Source of the DNA: Octopus vulgaris
Taxonomy: Eukaryota
Assembly (NCBI GenBank): GCA_951406725.2
Contig: OX597815.1
Location: forward strand, 128,712,001 to 128,776,000
Direction: 5' to 3'
Length of the DNA: 64,000 nucleotides
Below, one piece after another: positions 35,301-47,309 of the stretch. The position numbers and the translations under genes were made by a program. How positions within the stretch are numbered: the first letter of the stretch is position 1; every line of letters begins with the position of its first letter. The notes beneath the pieces were generated by a model. It was given only the letters and a program-made list of their open reading frames with translations. It had not been told where the DNA came from and did no database searches.

Positions 35301-38300
35301 ATCATATTATATGGAAAAATTTTATTCTCCATATGAGCATGTATTTGCATTTCCAGTCAGTGAGTTGTCTTGAAGCAAGAGTTGATATAATTTTGAAGAA
35401 TTGTACTTGGTTACCTATCTGTTGTTAGGAAGAATAATTTTGTTCTTAATCCCAAATTCTTGAATAACTTCTAATATCAGAAATTTTGCTGATTGGAACA
35501 TTACTTAACAATGCTTTCAGTTTAATGACTGATGTGAATTTTAATGCAGTTTTGTCTTCAATTTTGACTTAGACTTTTCTTTTTACTTGTGATCTATATT
35601 ATTAGATTTAACTTACAAATCATCTAAATATGATTGATTATTCATTCTGTGTATGCTATAAAAATCTGTTAATTGTTTGTTACATCTGTTGATTTCTTTT
35701 AGTTAGCTTTGACTAAGCTTTATTTGTAACAATATCTTGATTAAATTTCCAGCTTGTAGATTCTGTCCCTTACCCATTCATATATCTCCTATAATTTTCA
35801 TTCAGTTCTTTCAAATTTATTATTACCCAATTTGTGTGGGGAATTTTTTAACCCTAGTTGTGTCCCATTTCTCTTGTCTCTGATGCTTCTGACAAAGGTG
35901 TGAACCTCATAATATTGCTTTCCACTTAACTAGAACAAGTTTTTGTTTTTTTGATAAATATTTATGGCTTTGTGTAAGCCATCAACACTCTTGAATTTCA
36001 TGTTTATTTTTATGATTTAAACAATTCTGCACCTTAATGAATGGTTGCAATTTTTTTTTTTTTTTACTTCATTTCTTTTTTTTTAAAGTTTTATTAAAAC
36101 ATTTTCTAAATCTTTTTTTTTCTTCTTACTTTTGCTATTTCATTCTGATGTTTAGAATACATTTTCATGTGATTTACTTCCATGATAATAATAATAACCA
36201 CAATAATAATAATGATGATGTATTATCATGTTCTATAATTTCTTCTCTCAAATTCCTGTTTCATCAACATTATCTGACATGTTATGATTTTTCAGACTTT
36301 TACCAACCATCTATAATATTTTCTTCGTCTTCATCATTTGCTAATTTTTCTCTTTACTTCTTTTATTATTATTATTTCCTCTATTGATTCATATCTTCCC
36401 TTTACACCAGTGTCTGTTATCAAACAAATATTAGATATTCTATGATCTTGTATCAAGTACTTTTCCTCATCTTTTTTTTTTATATATATATATATTTTTA
36501 CCTTCTGGTAACTGTGAACTGTTGATTAGATCCCTGTTGAACTTCCATACTCATATTTAATCTTTGTCACTGCAGCAACTTCAAAACACAACACTGAAAT
36601 TAAGTGTCATTCATATTTCTGTTGTTGCTTTCTACAGCTTTACTTGTTTACAATATCAAAGGGTGACAAATTCTGCTGATCTTGATCATATCAGAATCTC
36701 TTGGTAAAAATAAACTGGAGTAGTTTTCTCATTGCTTATACCAGGCCCAAGCAAAGACTTTAATCAAGCTTGCAAAGTAACAAATAGTGTTTATTACTTT
36801 TATAGTGCCCTTGCTGCCGGCTTACAGCAGTGAGATGTACTTGTGTACATCTAAGGTGACCAGCAAACTTTAACTATCTTGGCCAAGGTCCCGGTGTAGA
36901 ACCAGTGAATGGGAACATATTGTTGACCTTTTTATTTATTTTTCATGTAAATCTGATTCTAAGAAAATCATATTTAAACCGGTGCTTTTGGTTCTGTAAG
37001 AACTATTTCCTCTGCTACGTAAGTGTGTGTATTTTGGAACTGTTAAAAAACATCTAGTACAACATATCTATGGAGTAACAAATTTATATTGATGTGAATT
37101 GTATTATCTTCTAAATATTAAGTAGCTATAGTAGTTCTTATTATAATGTTAATTCGGTGTTAATTTCTACTTCTCATCCCCCTCCCTTGCTCATTTTCTT
37201 GGATTACTCATAAGTACCAGAATTATTTTTGTTTTACCATTCAACTGCAGTCTACAAATTACATATCTTTCACAAATGGCTTCCTTTATACTTTATGTGT
37301 AGTGTTTGGTGTTTCCTCTCATAAATCTCATAACTCTTTCTTTGGGGTGAGCGACTCCTTTCAAATGTAAGTTTGCAATCATTAATGCAACTTTTGATTC
37401 TAAATGATTTTTTTTAAATTTTAGAATTCATACATAAACCGGTGCTTTTGATTCTGCAAGAACCACTTATACTATCACATCTTCCCCAATGTCTGATCAA
37501 ATATTGTCTGCAACTCTTGAAAACAATGCTCTGTTTTTAATTTTTTCTCTTTTTGTTCCGGTTTTGATTTTTTTTTTTTTTTTATTGTCTTCTCAAAATA
37601 CATTTCATAAATACAATCTTTTCAATATATTTCATGTCTTTACAATAACATCATCCTCCTGGTGGGTTGTCTTCAATTTTAGTTAAACATTTACACTTTT
37701 TTCCTCAGTGGTTTATTTAATCAACATTTACTAAAATTACTTGCCAGCTTCCTTTCCTTTGCTACACTTTTTCTCAGAATGCTTGATACAAATGTTCTGA
37801 GTTTTTCCCTTGTCCTTCTGCCGAAATATGTTTCCTTATTATGCCAAGCATTCTAATAACTAACTGTTTTGTCTTTTAGCTAAATATCAGTTTTAACAAT
37901 TTACTCTATTCAGGATACTGTAAAAATTACACACCTCTTTGACAGCATTTATTATGAATTTTAACAATTTAATATATAAGGAGAATCATATTAAAAATAT
38001 TTGCTGTCTTGTACTTTACCTACTAGAGAGAAGGAGTTTAAACACTTTTAGTAAATATTTTACTTACAATATATTACTCTGATTAATTATGGGATGTAGA
38101 TATAACCTCTTGGTTAAGAAGTTTGCTTCACAATTATATGGTTTTAGATTTAATGTTACTATGTGGTATCTTAGACGTGTCTTCTATCAGAGCCTCAAGT
38201 TGACCAGTGTCTTGTGAATGAAATATGGTAGACAGAAACCATGTGAAAAATCATTGGTGTAACCATTCCTATTCTTGTTTGATAAACTTAGTCTGGCCTG

Positions 38301-38774
38301 TGACTGCCACAGAGTTTGCTCTGCTGCAAGCATTCTGGTTAAGTTACAAGGCTAAAGACAACTTCCTTCCAAAAGTCTTTGAGGCTTTGAAAAGTGTCAC
38401 AGGTGGTGCCCTTCCCTCTTTAACAACAACAACAATAATAATAATAATAATAATAATAGATGTGTTTGGCACAATGTTGGAATTGAGACATATTGTTGAC
38501 CTACAGAAAAGTACTATCTGGTATTCTGCATGAATCCTAAGGATAAATTTTGTGATTAAAGAGGCTTGTCACCAAACCTCAGGATAACCTCTCTTCTAAA
38601 CATTTTTTACCTTGCTCTAACTAAAGTTAAAGAGGAATTAATAAACATTACTGCCTTGAATGCAACACAAGATGTTACATACACTCAGTGTCTGGTGCTG
38701 TCACCTTATAATTATTGTTGAAGTTTATAAATTATGGCATTTTTAGTGAAATAGGTTGGTAAACTTTTTTATTT

Positions 38775-39900
38775 TTCTGGTGGGGCAGAGGACAAAATGC
38801 TTAGTTGCATTTCATCTGTCTTCATGTTCTGAGTTCAAATTCCTCCAAGGTCAACTTTATGTTTCATCCTTTTGGGGTTAATAAAATAAGTACCAGTCAA
38901 ATGCTAGGGTTGATGTAATCAATTGGTTTTCACTCCCAAAATTTCAGTCTTGTGCCTGTTGTAGAAAAGGATCATTATTATTACGGCAGTGAGCTGGTAG
39001 AAACATTACCATGGTGGACAAAATACTGTCTTTACATTCTCAGTTCAAATTCCACTGAGATCGACTTTGCCTTTCATTCTTTTGGGGTTGATAAATTAAG
39101 TATGAGTTGTGTGCTGGGGTTGATCTAATCAATTGGCCCCCTCCCCAAAAATTTTGGGCCTTGTACCTAGGGTAGAAAAGATTATTATTATTATTAAAGC
39201 AACAAACTGGCAGAATCATTAGCAAGCTTTGCTTTTCATCTTATGAGGTCAATAAACTAAAATACCATTCAAGTACTTCAGGCCTTGTAGGTTAAAAACA
39301 GTTAGTATTAGTAGTATACACTGTGAAGTAGTTGACATTAGGAAAGGCATCAAGTCATAGAAACCAAAGCAGACATTGGTGCTTGACACAGCTCTACAGC
39401 TTGTCAGAGCCTTCATGCCAGCATGGAAAACAAACGTTAAATGATTATTATTATTAATATGGCAAGCTGGCAGATTCACTAGCATGTCAGATAAAATCCT
39501 TAGCAGTATTTCATCATTCTTTATGTTCTGAATTCAAATTCTGCCGTGGTTGACTTTATCTTTCATCCTTTTGGGGTCTATAAAATAAGTACCAGTTGAC
39601 CACTGGGGCCAATGTAATTAACTTACCCACTCCCCAAAATTGTTGGCCTTGTGCCAAAATAGTATGATGATAATTATTATTATTATCAAAGCGGCGAGAT
39701 GGCAGAATCGTTAGCATGCTGGGTGAAATATTTAGCAGTATTTTGTCTGTCGCTATGTTCTGAGTCCAAATTCTGTTGAGGTCAACTTAGCCTTTCATCC
39801 TTTCAAGATTGATAAAATAAGTACCAGTTGAACTGGGGTGGATGTAATCAACTCATCCCCTTCCCCAAAATTGCTGCCCTTGTGGCAAAATTTGAAACCA
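38775..39900 (+). mobile_element. Chain of 4-5 family-A SINE copies, all sense, with a nested family-C piece
   Basis: Repeated gttcaaattc...tttcatcctt...taaaataagtaccag...cttgtgcc, separated by (TTA)n. Confidence 0.85.
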
Positions 39901-40680
39901 TTAGTATTATTATTATTTTAATTTTAATATATTCCAACTTTAGTTGGCTTTTAAAAAAAATTCAACAAACATCCAGTACAGTGATGATGTCAAACTTTGA
40001 AAATTTGACATCAAATTAAAGTTTATAAAGAACTAAAATCTCTTGTTTTTAGATTCATTTACTTGCAATAGTTACATCTTTTTAATGAGAAAGTCAATAA
40101 TGGCACATTCCATTTCTTGATTTTAGTATCACAAACGAGAGTTTTCATAAAAAAAAAGAAAAGGCAAAAAGTTAAACCAACAGAATGTAGATGTGAATGA
40201 ATGAAGGAAAATTTTAATTAGAGGCACAGTGCCTATGTGGTTAAGGTACTGCACTATTTGTTAACCACAAGGTCATGATTTCAAACCTCCTTCATAGTTA
40301 CTGTTGAAAGAGCTTTCAGTTGTAAGAAAAAGCAACTGCTCAAATAATAGACATTTCCTACTTGTATTTGAGCAGGGAAATACAGAAAGAAAGAAAATAT
40401 TTTGATTGACATTAAATGTACAATAGGAAAGTGTTTGTGAGGAAAGAAAAGAGAATGACAACATTAATTGCTTGCACTTCAAAAAACAGTCTTATGAGAT
40501 GTAAATATTTAATGTTAATGGGATAAAACTAGCAGCTTAGAAAATCTGAACAACATTATTCAAGACTTAAGGTTTATACTGTGCTAATAACAATGTTCTT
40601 AATATAGCCATGTTCATGCAGTCATCATTATTATCAGGAATATTTATTTTTATTACAATGATAAAGCAAATATTATTATT

Positions 40681-41112
40681 AAGGTGATCAGCTGGCAGAA
40701 ACATTAGTGCATCAAATAAAATGCTTAGTGGCATTTTTCCCCACACTTTCAAATTCTGGTTTCAAATTCTGTCAAGTCAGCTTTACCTTTCACCTTTTCA
40801 GGATCAATAAAATAAGTACCAGTTGAGCACTGGGGGTCAATGTAATTGACTAACTCCTTCCCTTAAAATTGCTGACCTTATGCCAAAATTTGAAGCAATT
40901 ATTAAAGATGGTGAGCTGGCAGAATTGTTAGGATTTTGGGAAAAAATTGCTTAGTGGCATTTCTTCTAACACTTTACATTCAGGGTTCAAATTCTGTTGA
41001 GGTCAGCTTTGCTTTTCATCCTTTCAGGGTCAATAAAATAAATACCAGTTGAGTGCTGGGGTCAACTAGCACCTTCCCCCAAAATTCCAGGCCTTATGCC
41101 TATAGTAGAAAG
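40681..41112 (+). mobile_element. Two tandem family-A SINE copies
   Basis: Both start aag(g/a)tg..agctggcagaa and contain B-box and central-domain motifs. Confidence 0.85.
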
Positions 41113-44100
41113 AATTATTTTATTGTTTATTATACAGAAAATATATAACTGTTTTTACATTAAAACCCTAAAAACTAGTTTAAGGTCCATCTTTCCTTCT
41201 GAAACATGTTTTCTGAGAATTTCTTTTCATGATCCCAAAAGCTACACAATCTGTACCTTTCAATCCATCATTTTTTTTTTCTTCAAATAGTCTTACCAAT
41301 TCAAATATTTAAATCAATTAAACTGTGCTAAACAAATTATTTACCTTTTTCTTTTTAAAGAAAAACCTGTACATTAGCAACAACCATATTATTTCTTGGT
41401 TTTATCTCCAATTATTTTTTTTTCATCATCATTTTTTTTTTTTAGTTGTGAAAATTATTTTTTAAAATTTTCTGCTAATGGGAAAAAATATAAAGAAGAA
41501 AAGAAACACACAAAACAAAAGATATTGACTTCATCTTTAAAAACAAACTGTAAAAACTTTGTATTTTCCTTTTTTAAAGGAATCATATCTGTCCTTATAA
41601 TGAGACATAGTAACCTCTGTTATTAATAATTCGGTAATTCCCTGCGCCTTATAAGCGTTGTCTCAACTCTCTAAGAAACCGGTGCTGACATCTTGCTACT
41701 TTTGGAAGAACTGCTTCTTTGGTTCTTGAATAATAATAAAATAAAAAAAAACCAGTCAAGTTGTCATTTCTAACAAATGACACAGCTTTGTATTGTTTCA
41801 CTCCTTGAGTTTTCTTTTTTTTTTTTTTATTTGCTCCTGTAAGAATGGTAAAAGATATTTAAAAAAAAAAAGCTTCTGGCTACCAGCATTGCTGTAGATC
41901 AGTAGTGCATGATCAGTGACATTGCTTGTTCTTTGATATTCAGTTTGTAAATGGAGCAACCATTTCAATCATGCCAAACTGAAAAAAAAAAAAGAAAGAA
42001 AAACATTAATATTACCCAATTCTCAAAACTGGCAGAGTAGTCTTTATTTATTTTATTTACTCATGCTAGATTTTTCAACACTGAAACAACAACAACAACA
42101 AAAAGCTAGTAATATATATATCTTTTATTGTATATTTCTTATTTAATTTTTAAGCATTCAAACCAACCAACTATGATTGACAAAAACCCTTGTTATTTAT
42201 TTAATCTTTTTTTTTTCTTTTGCTCCTGTTTTTTTATCTTTTTTTTTTTCCAACTTGCTTAGAAGGACAAATTTTTCAAATGGATAACAAGGGTTACTTG
42301 CCCATCAGATGTCAATAAGGAAGCAGGATATTAATGAGATTGTGATCAGCATCACCCAAAATTCTTGACTAGTAAAATTGTGTTAAACAGCATCTATGTC
42401 TTTCTCTCTCTTTCTCTCTCTCTCACTGCTGATCTAACAACATCTATATTACGTCCAAATCATATTATACTTGTGGGGAATTAACTATTTAAATACACTT
42501 TTGGGGTTTTCTTTTATCCTAAATTGGATTTTAAATTTAAAAATTTAACTTGCTTTTTATTTTGTGCATTGTCTTTTTTTAACATTGTTTCATGAAACAC
42601 TCATTATTATTCTTTTTGTTGTTGTTGTGTTAAGTTCATTCAATGTTCCTCTCCTGTTTCTTGTAGCCCCAAACATTTTTGACATTTACCTTACAGTTGT
42701 TTCATTCTCTCTAACTACCTACTACACCTTTTTTTGTTGTTTCTTTTAAACTCAACTGACCTACTCAACTATGATCCCAGTGACTGGTCTTTTTCCTCCT
42801 CTTTCTTTTTTTTTTTTTTTTTAACCTTTCCTCCAAGCAATGAAATTTCTTTTCTTCATTCCCTGAAAACAACAAACAAACAAACAAAAAGAAAAAAGAA
42901 CTGATCTATCTATACCGGTGTGATATATATTAATGCATTATTTCAAATTCAACTTTTTTTGAACGGCTTTTCAATTTTTTTTTTTATGTAACTGTTTTTA
43001 TATTTTACTCATGCTTTCGACAAATTTCTGTCAATGCAGTTTTGGTCTGGGAAGGCATGCTACATTTTTTTTTTTTTGCTTACCTATGAATGTTTAAACA
43101 ACCAGATAGTGTGAGAAATCATTGATCTGTGCTATTAAAAGGAACTTCACAATTTCTTACTTTTATCCTGACTTAATTATTATTTTTTCTTTTATAATTG
43201 ATTGACTTTTAATAAACAAACAAAACAAAAGCAACAAATAATTACTATTAGGTAGGTAGTTCTTCTTTAATGACTAATTACTTTTAACAGTAATAATAAA
43301 TTGACCATTTTGGCCATTGTTTCTCTTCTTTTCTCAAATGTAATTTATGTTTTAATTAATCCAAATTTAAAAGAAAGAAATTAAATTAATATTAGTACAC
43401 GACATAAAGGTAATTATAAAATTAGTATATTGTAAATGACCACTTGGTCATTAAAAGATAATTAATAAAGCTTTTAGTGTATCTTAACACTAAAACATTC
43501 CATTCCTTATACATGAAATCTAAATTCAACACAGGTCTACTTTATCAGCAAACTCTCTTATTTCCAATTTAGTAAAAAAGCATTACTACAGTTTATAGTT
43601 TATAACATGATAGTATTTGTCTCATTCTCTTTCTTTTTTTCTCTCATAAGTTTGGCATTGTTTTATTTTTCATCAAACAATCATTCTGAAATGGTTTTAT
43701 GAAACAAAAATATTCATAAATACCTGTGTTTTGTCGTTCAAAATTTTAAAGTGATAGAGAGAGAGAGACTTAATGTAGTGCCAGACTAATTTACCTTATA
43801 GTCTATAGATTTGTCCCTTGATGTTCTTGTTTCTTGTTCTGAGGAAGTAAACTATCTTCAGGTAAGTCAAATGTAATTTGTGTTAGCAGTCAGTAACACT
43901 AAGAGTAACTATTTAAGGAGTATACCAAACCAGAATACCTAGTTTTGCTACATTCTGTGTATCTGTTGTTATTGAGAAATGGCATTTGGTCAGGTTTTGA
44001 AAGGAATCACAAAAAGAAATTTTGCAAGTCGCAAAAACAAATTTCAGATTTTGCTAAAATGGTCCTACAGGTGCATCAAAATGTTTGAAGATCTTTAGTA

Positions 44101-47100
44101 ATTTCTTTTTATTAATTTTTTAGTCATGGTTATATTAATGTATTCATAAATATACATTCTGAAATATAATTTGAAAATGCAAGAAACCTGCAGAACTCAA
44201 CCACTTCTACTGTTAAAAAATTGCTTAGTCCCCTCAAGTGAGCCAGAATACATAGCATTTTTAAAGCCCTCCTAGATTAGGTGAAAGAGACAACTTGCTG
44301 TTGTAGATATTTGATTTTCACTTTGAAATTCTGCAATGAATAATCTTGAACATATTACTTCAGAATTTATTAAAATATTAACAACTAGATATATTGAATT
44401 ACTAAATACCTGTCATACATTAGGTGCTTTTTGTTTTAAAATTTGTTTGATGTATTCTCATGTAGCCACCTTACATATAACAATATGGCCTTATCTACTT
44501 CAAGCCATTATTTTCACAAACAGAAAATACTTAGCTCCAATCAACTGCTAGGTCTATAAAGCTCCAGTGCAATACAAATGGTGGTACTACTGCTCTTGTA
44601 TTTAAGATCATGCTACACACACACACACTAGAGTATAGTTGATTGGTAAGACTTAATCTCCAATACGCTGCTATCAGAGCAGCAAGTTGTTAGCACTTCA
44701 GACAAATTACTTGGCCTCATTTGATGTGGCTCTTTATGCTCTTAGTTCAATCTCACCAAGGTTTGATTTACTTTTGATCCTTCTGGGGGGTCAATAAAAT
44801 AAAGTTCCGGTCCTGGCAGCAGATAGACGGAATATTTAGAGCTGTGGACAAAATGCTTTCATGGTATTCATTCCAGCTTTTTATGTTCTGAGGTATCTGA
44901 GGCAAATATTCCTGTACCTAGCTGACAAGATGGTGTCTTATAAAAATTTAACTCAAAGGAATCAATGGGAAACCACTTTTGTATCATCAAACAAAAAAAG
45001 ACAAGTAAATAATGCTTATAAAGGATTTCATCAAAAGGCTATCATTCATTAATCTGATGGCATTACAGTTGCTATTTCACAAATATGTGTCTTAGTTCTC
45101 TGAATTATAGCAAGCTGAATACCACCCAATACATATCTATCTTCACTAATTTTGATCCCAGTTCTCTCAACTTCCCCTCAAACTCTCACATTAAACACTT
45201 AGTCCAACTAACCATTCCTTTTTAGGACTGTGTCTCTTTAAAATACTCTCTCGACTGGTATTTTTCTCACAAACATTGGCTTATATGAATTCAAACTGAA
45301 CATCAACCTTGCACTAGTATGGAAGGGCCTACAGTGCTGATAAGAAGCCTGAGCTTTTTCTTTTAATTAATTATCTAAAAATCAAGTTAACTCCAAAATA
45401 AGATTACATCTACAACACCTTAAAAGCACAATTAATATAAAATATTTTCTGTTGCTTACATAGGTCTGCTCTTTTTATTTAATTACCTGAAGCACTCTCT
45501 TACTAAATGCATTAGTCTCTTCCACTTTCTGCTCTGTTGGCAGCCGTATATCTTCTCTCAGCATCTATCCTTACCTCACCGTTCTAGTGTATGCTCTTTC
45601 TCTCAGATCTATATTTTTTACCTCATCCCACTTTCTTTCTTTTTTTCAGTTTTCCACATACACAATTTCATAAACTATGATGAGCTAACATCAACATGTT
45701 CTTTCTAAAGATTCTCTGAAAATAGGCTATAGTGAGTCTAGGCTGTTGTCAGACTTCCATTTATGGTCAGGATATACAATAAGGATTTAAACTCAGCTCT
45801 ACAAACCATCCAAACACTACATTCTTTGGTGAGCTGCACCTGTGCACACTATCAGTAGAAAGCTAGGTAGTAGTCCAAACCAGTTGAGAGTTAAGTGTTT
45901 TTGGTCACAAACAATTCTAGTAGCAAGATACAAAGCGAGCAAGTTCTAAATTTTGGTCTTAGCTTTCTGTTTGATTAGACAGCAATGTTTCTCAAACATT
46001 TTACTCTAGGATACCTTTGAAATACATTTCATATCAAAAGGAACCTCAATGTAATAATTGTTAGTCACCTCTCTTAGTACTACACCCATTGCAGTAGAGG
46101 AATCTTGTCTTGTAAGTTACTTGGTGACCTCACTAGTTCCAGTGCTTCATAAAAAGGATCCAGTATGCTTCATAAAGTGTTTCATGTTAGATAGGGTATC
46201 CAGCCATAGAAACCATGCCAGAGCAGACACTGGAGTTTGCAGTCCTCTTGCTCACTAGCTCTTGTCAAACTGTCCAACCCATGACATTAAATGATGATGA
46301 TCTCTATTAATCATTTTCTTTTTCTTCCACAAATTTAAATTCTGTTAAGGGATTAAACAAGTTGTAAAACTATCTTTGAATTGTTCTATAGTGCTAAGCC
46401 TGTTGGACATCATGGAGATGATTTAAGAAATTTTGTCTTAAGATCATGTTTAAGAGCAAATTTCCCTACTTTAGAAAAGATGATATATATAATAAAATAA
46501 ACTTATGAGTATAGACTTTAAAACAAAAATGACTCAGAAATGCATTTCCATATAATTAACCTATTTATCATTATATAACATCTGTTTTAATTTGTTTCTT
46601 CTCTTTCCATCAGTAACATTATTGTGGTGGAGTTAAGGGCTGGGCAGGGGGTTTATCAGAATTGTTAAAACATCAGGAAAGAAATGCCTTGAGGTATTTC
46701 TTATTTCTATATTCTGAATTTATCCCTTGGAGTACAATTAAGGTACCAGTCAAAAATTGGGGTCAGTGATATTAACTTACTCACCACCACTACTTCCCTT
46801 CAAAATTGCTGGACTTTGTGCCAAAATCCAATACAGATAACTATAATGGAGTTATCCCAGAAAAATTAGAAACAACTACTTTCATTCTTTTGAAACAGTG
46901 TTTACTGGCATCTTTGTGTTTATATATTTATATATATAAAATACAATTAAGATTCAGTTGAATTAGGTTCTTAAATTGAAGCACTTTGTTAGGTCATAAT
47001 AATATGCACACCCAAACAATATTAAGTGAATATCAAACACAGTGCAGAAGTGCTAGCACCTGATATTCTTGCAATGTATGCAAATAATATGACCCAGCTG

Positions 47101-47209
47101 AGTGTAGAGATCTGTTCTTGGCTATTCAGACATGTACTTTATATCAAAATGCCTTCTATAATATTTCCAAAGTGCAGATTCCAGGATAGGTGAATAAAAT
47201 ATAACATAG

Positions 47210-47309
47210 AGGTATAGGTCTTAATTTATTACAGCCATTTCGAGCGACTCCTTTCCATTAATCAAAAGGAGTTGCTTGAAATGGCTGGAATGAATTGATA
47301 CCTGTACCT
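47210..47309 (+). other. 45-bp fold-back hairpin (pre-miRNA-like or MITE remnant)
   Basis: Arms 47210-47254 and 47265-47309: 38 Watson-Crick pairs, 5 G-U pairs, 2 mismatches, 10-nt loop. Confidence 0.8.

Noticed and set aside
38880-41043. Multiple AATAAA hexamers
   Set aside because: They are part of the SINE central domain (ataaaataagtaccag), so they are not evidence for a gene end.
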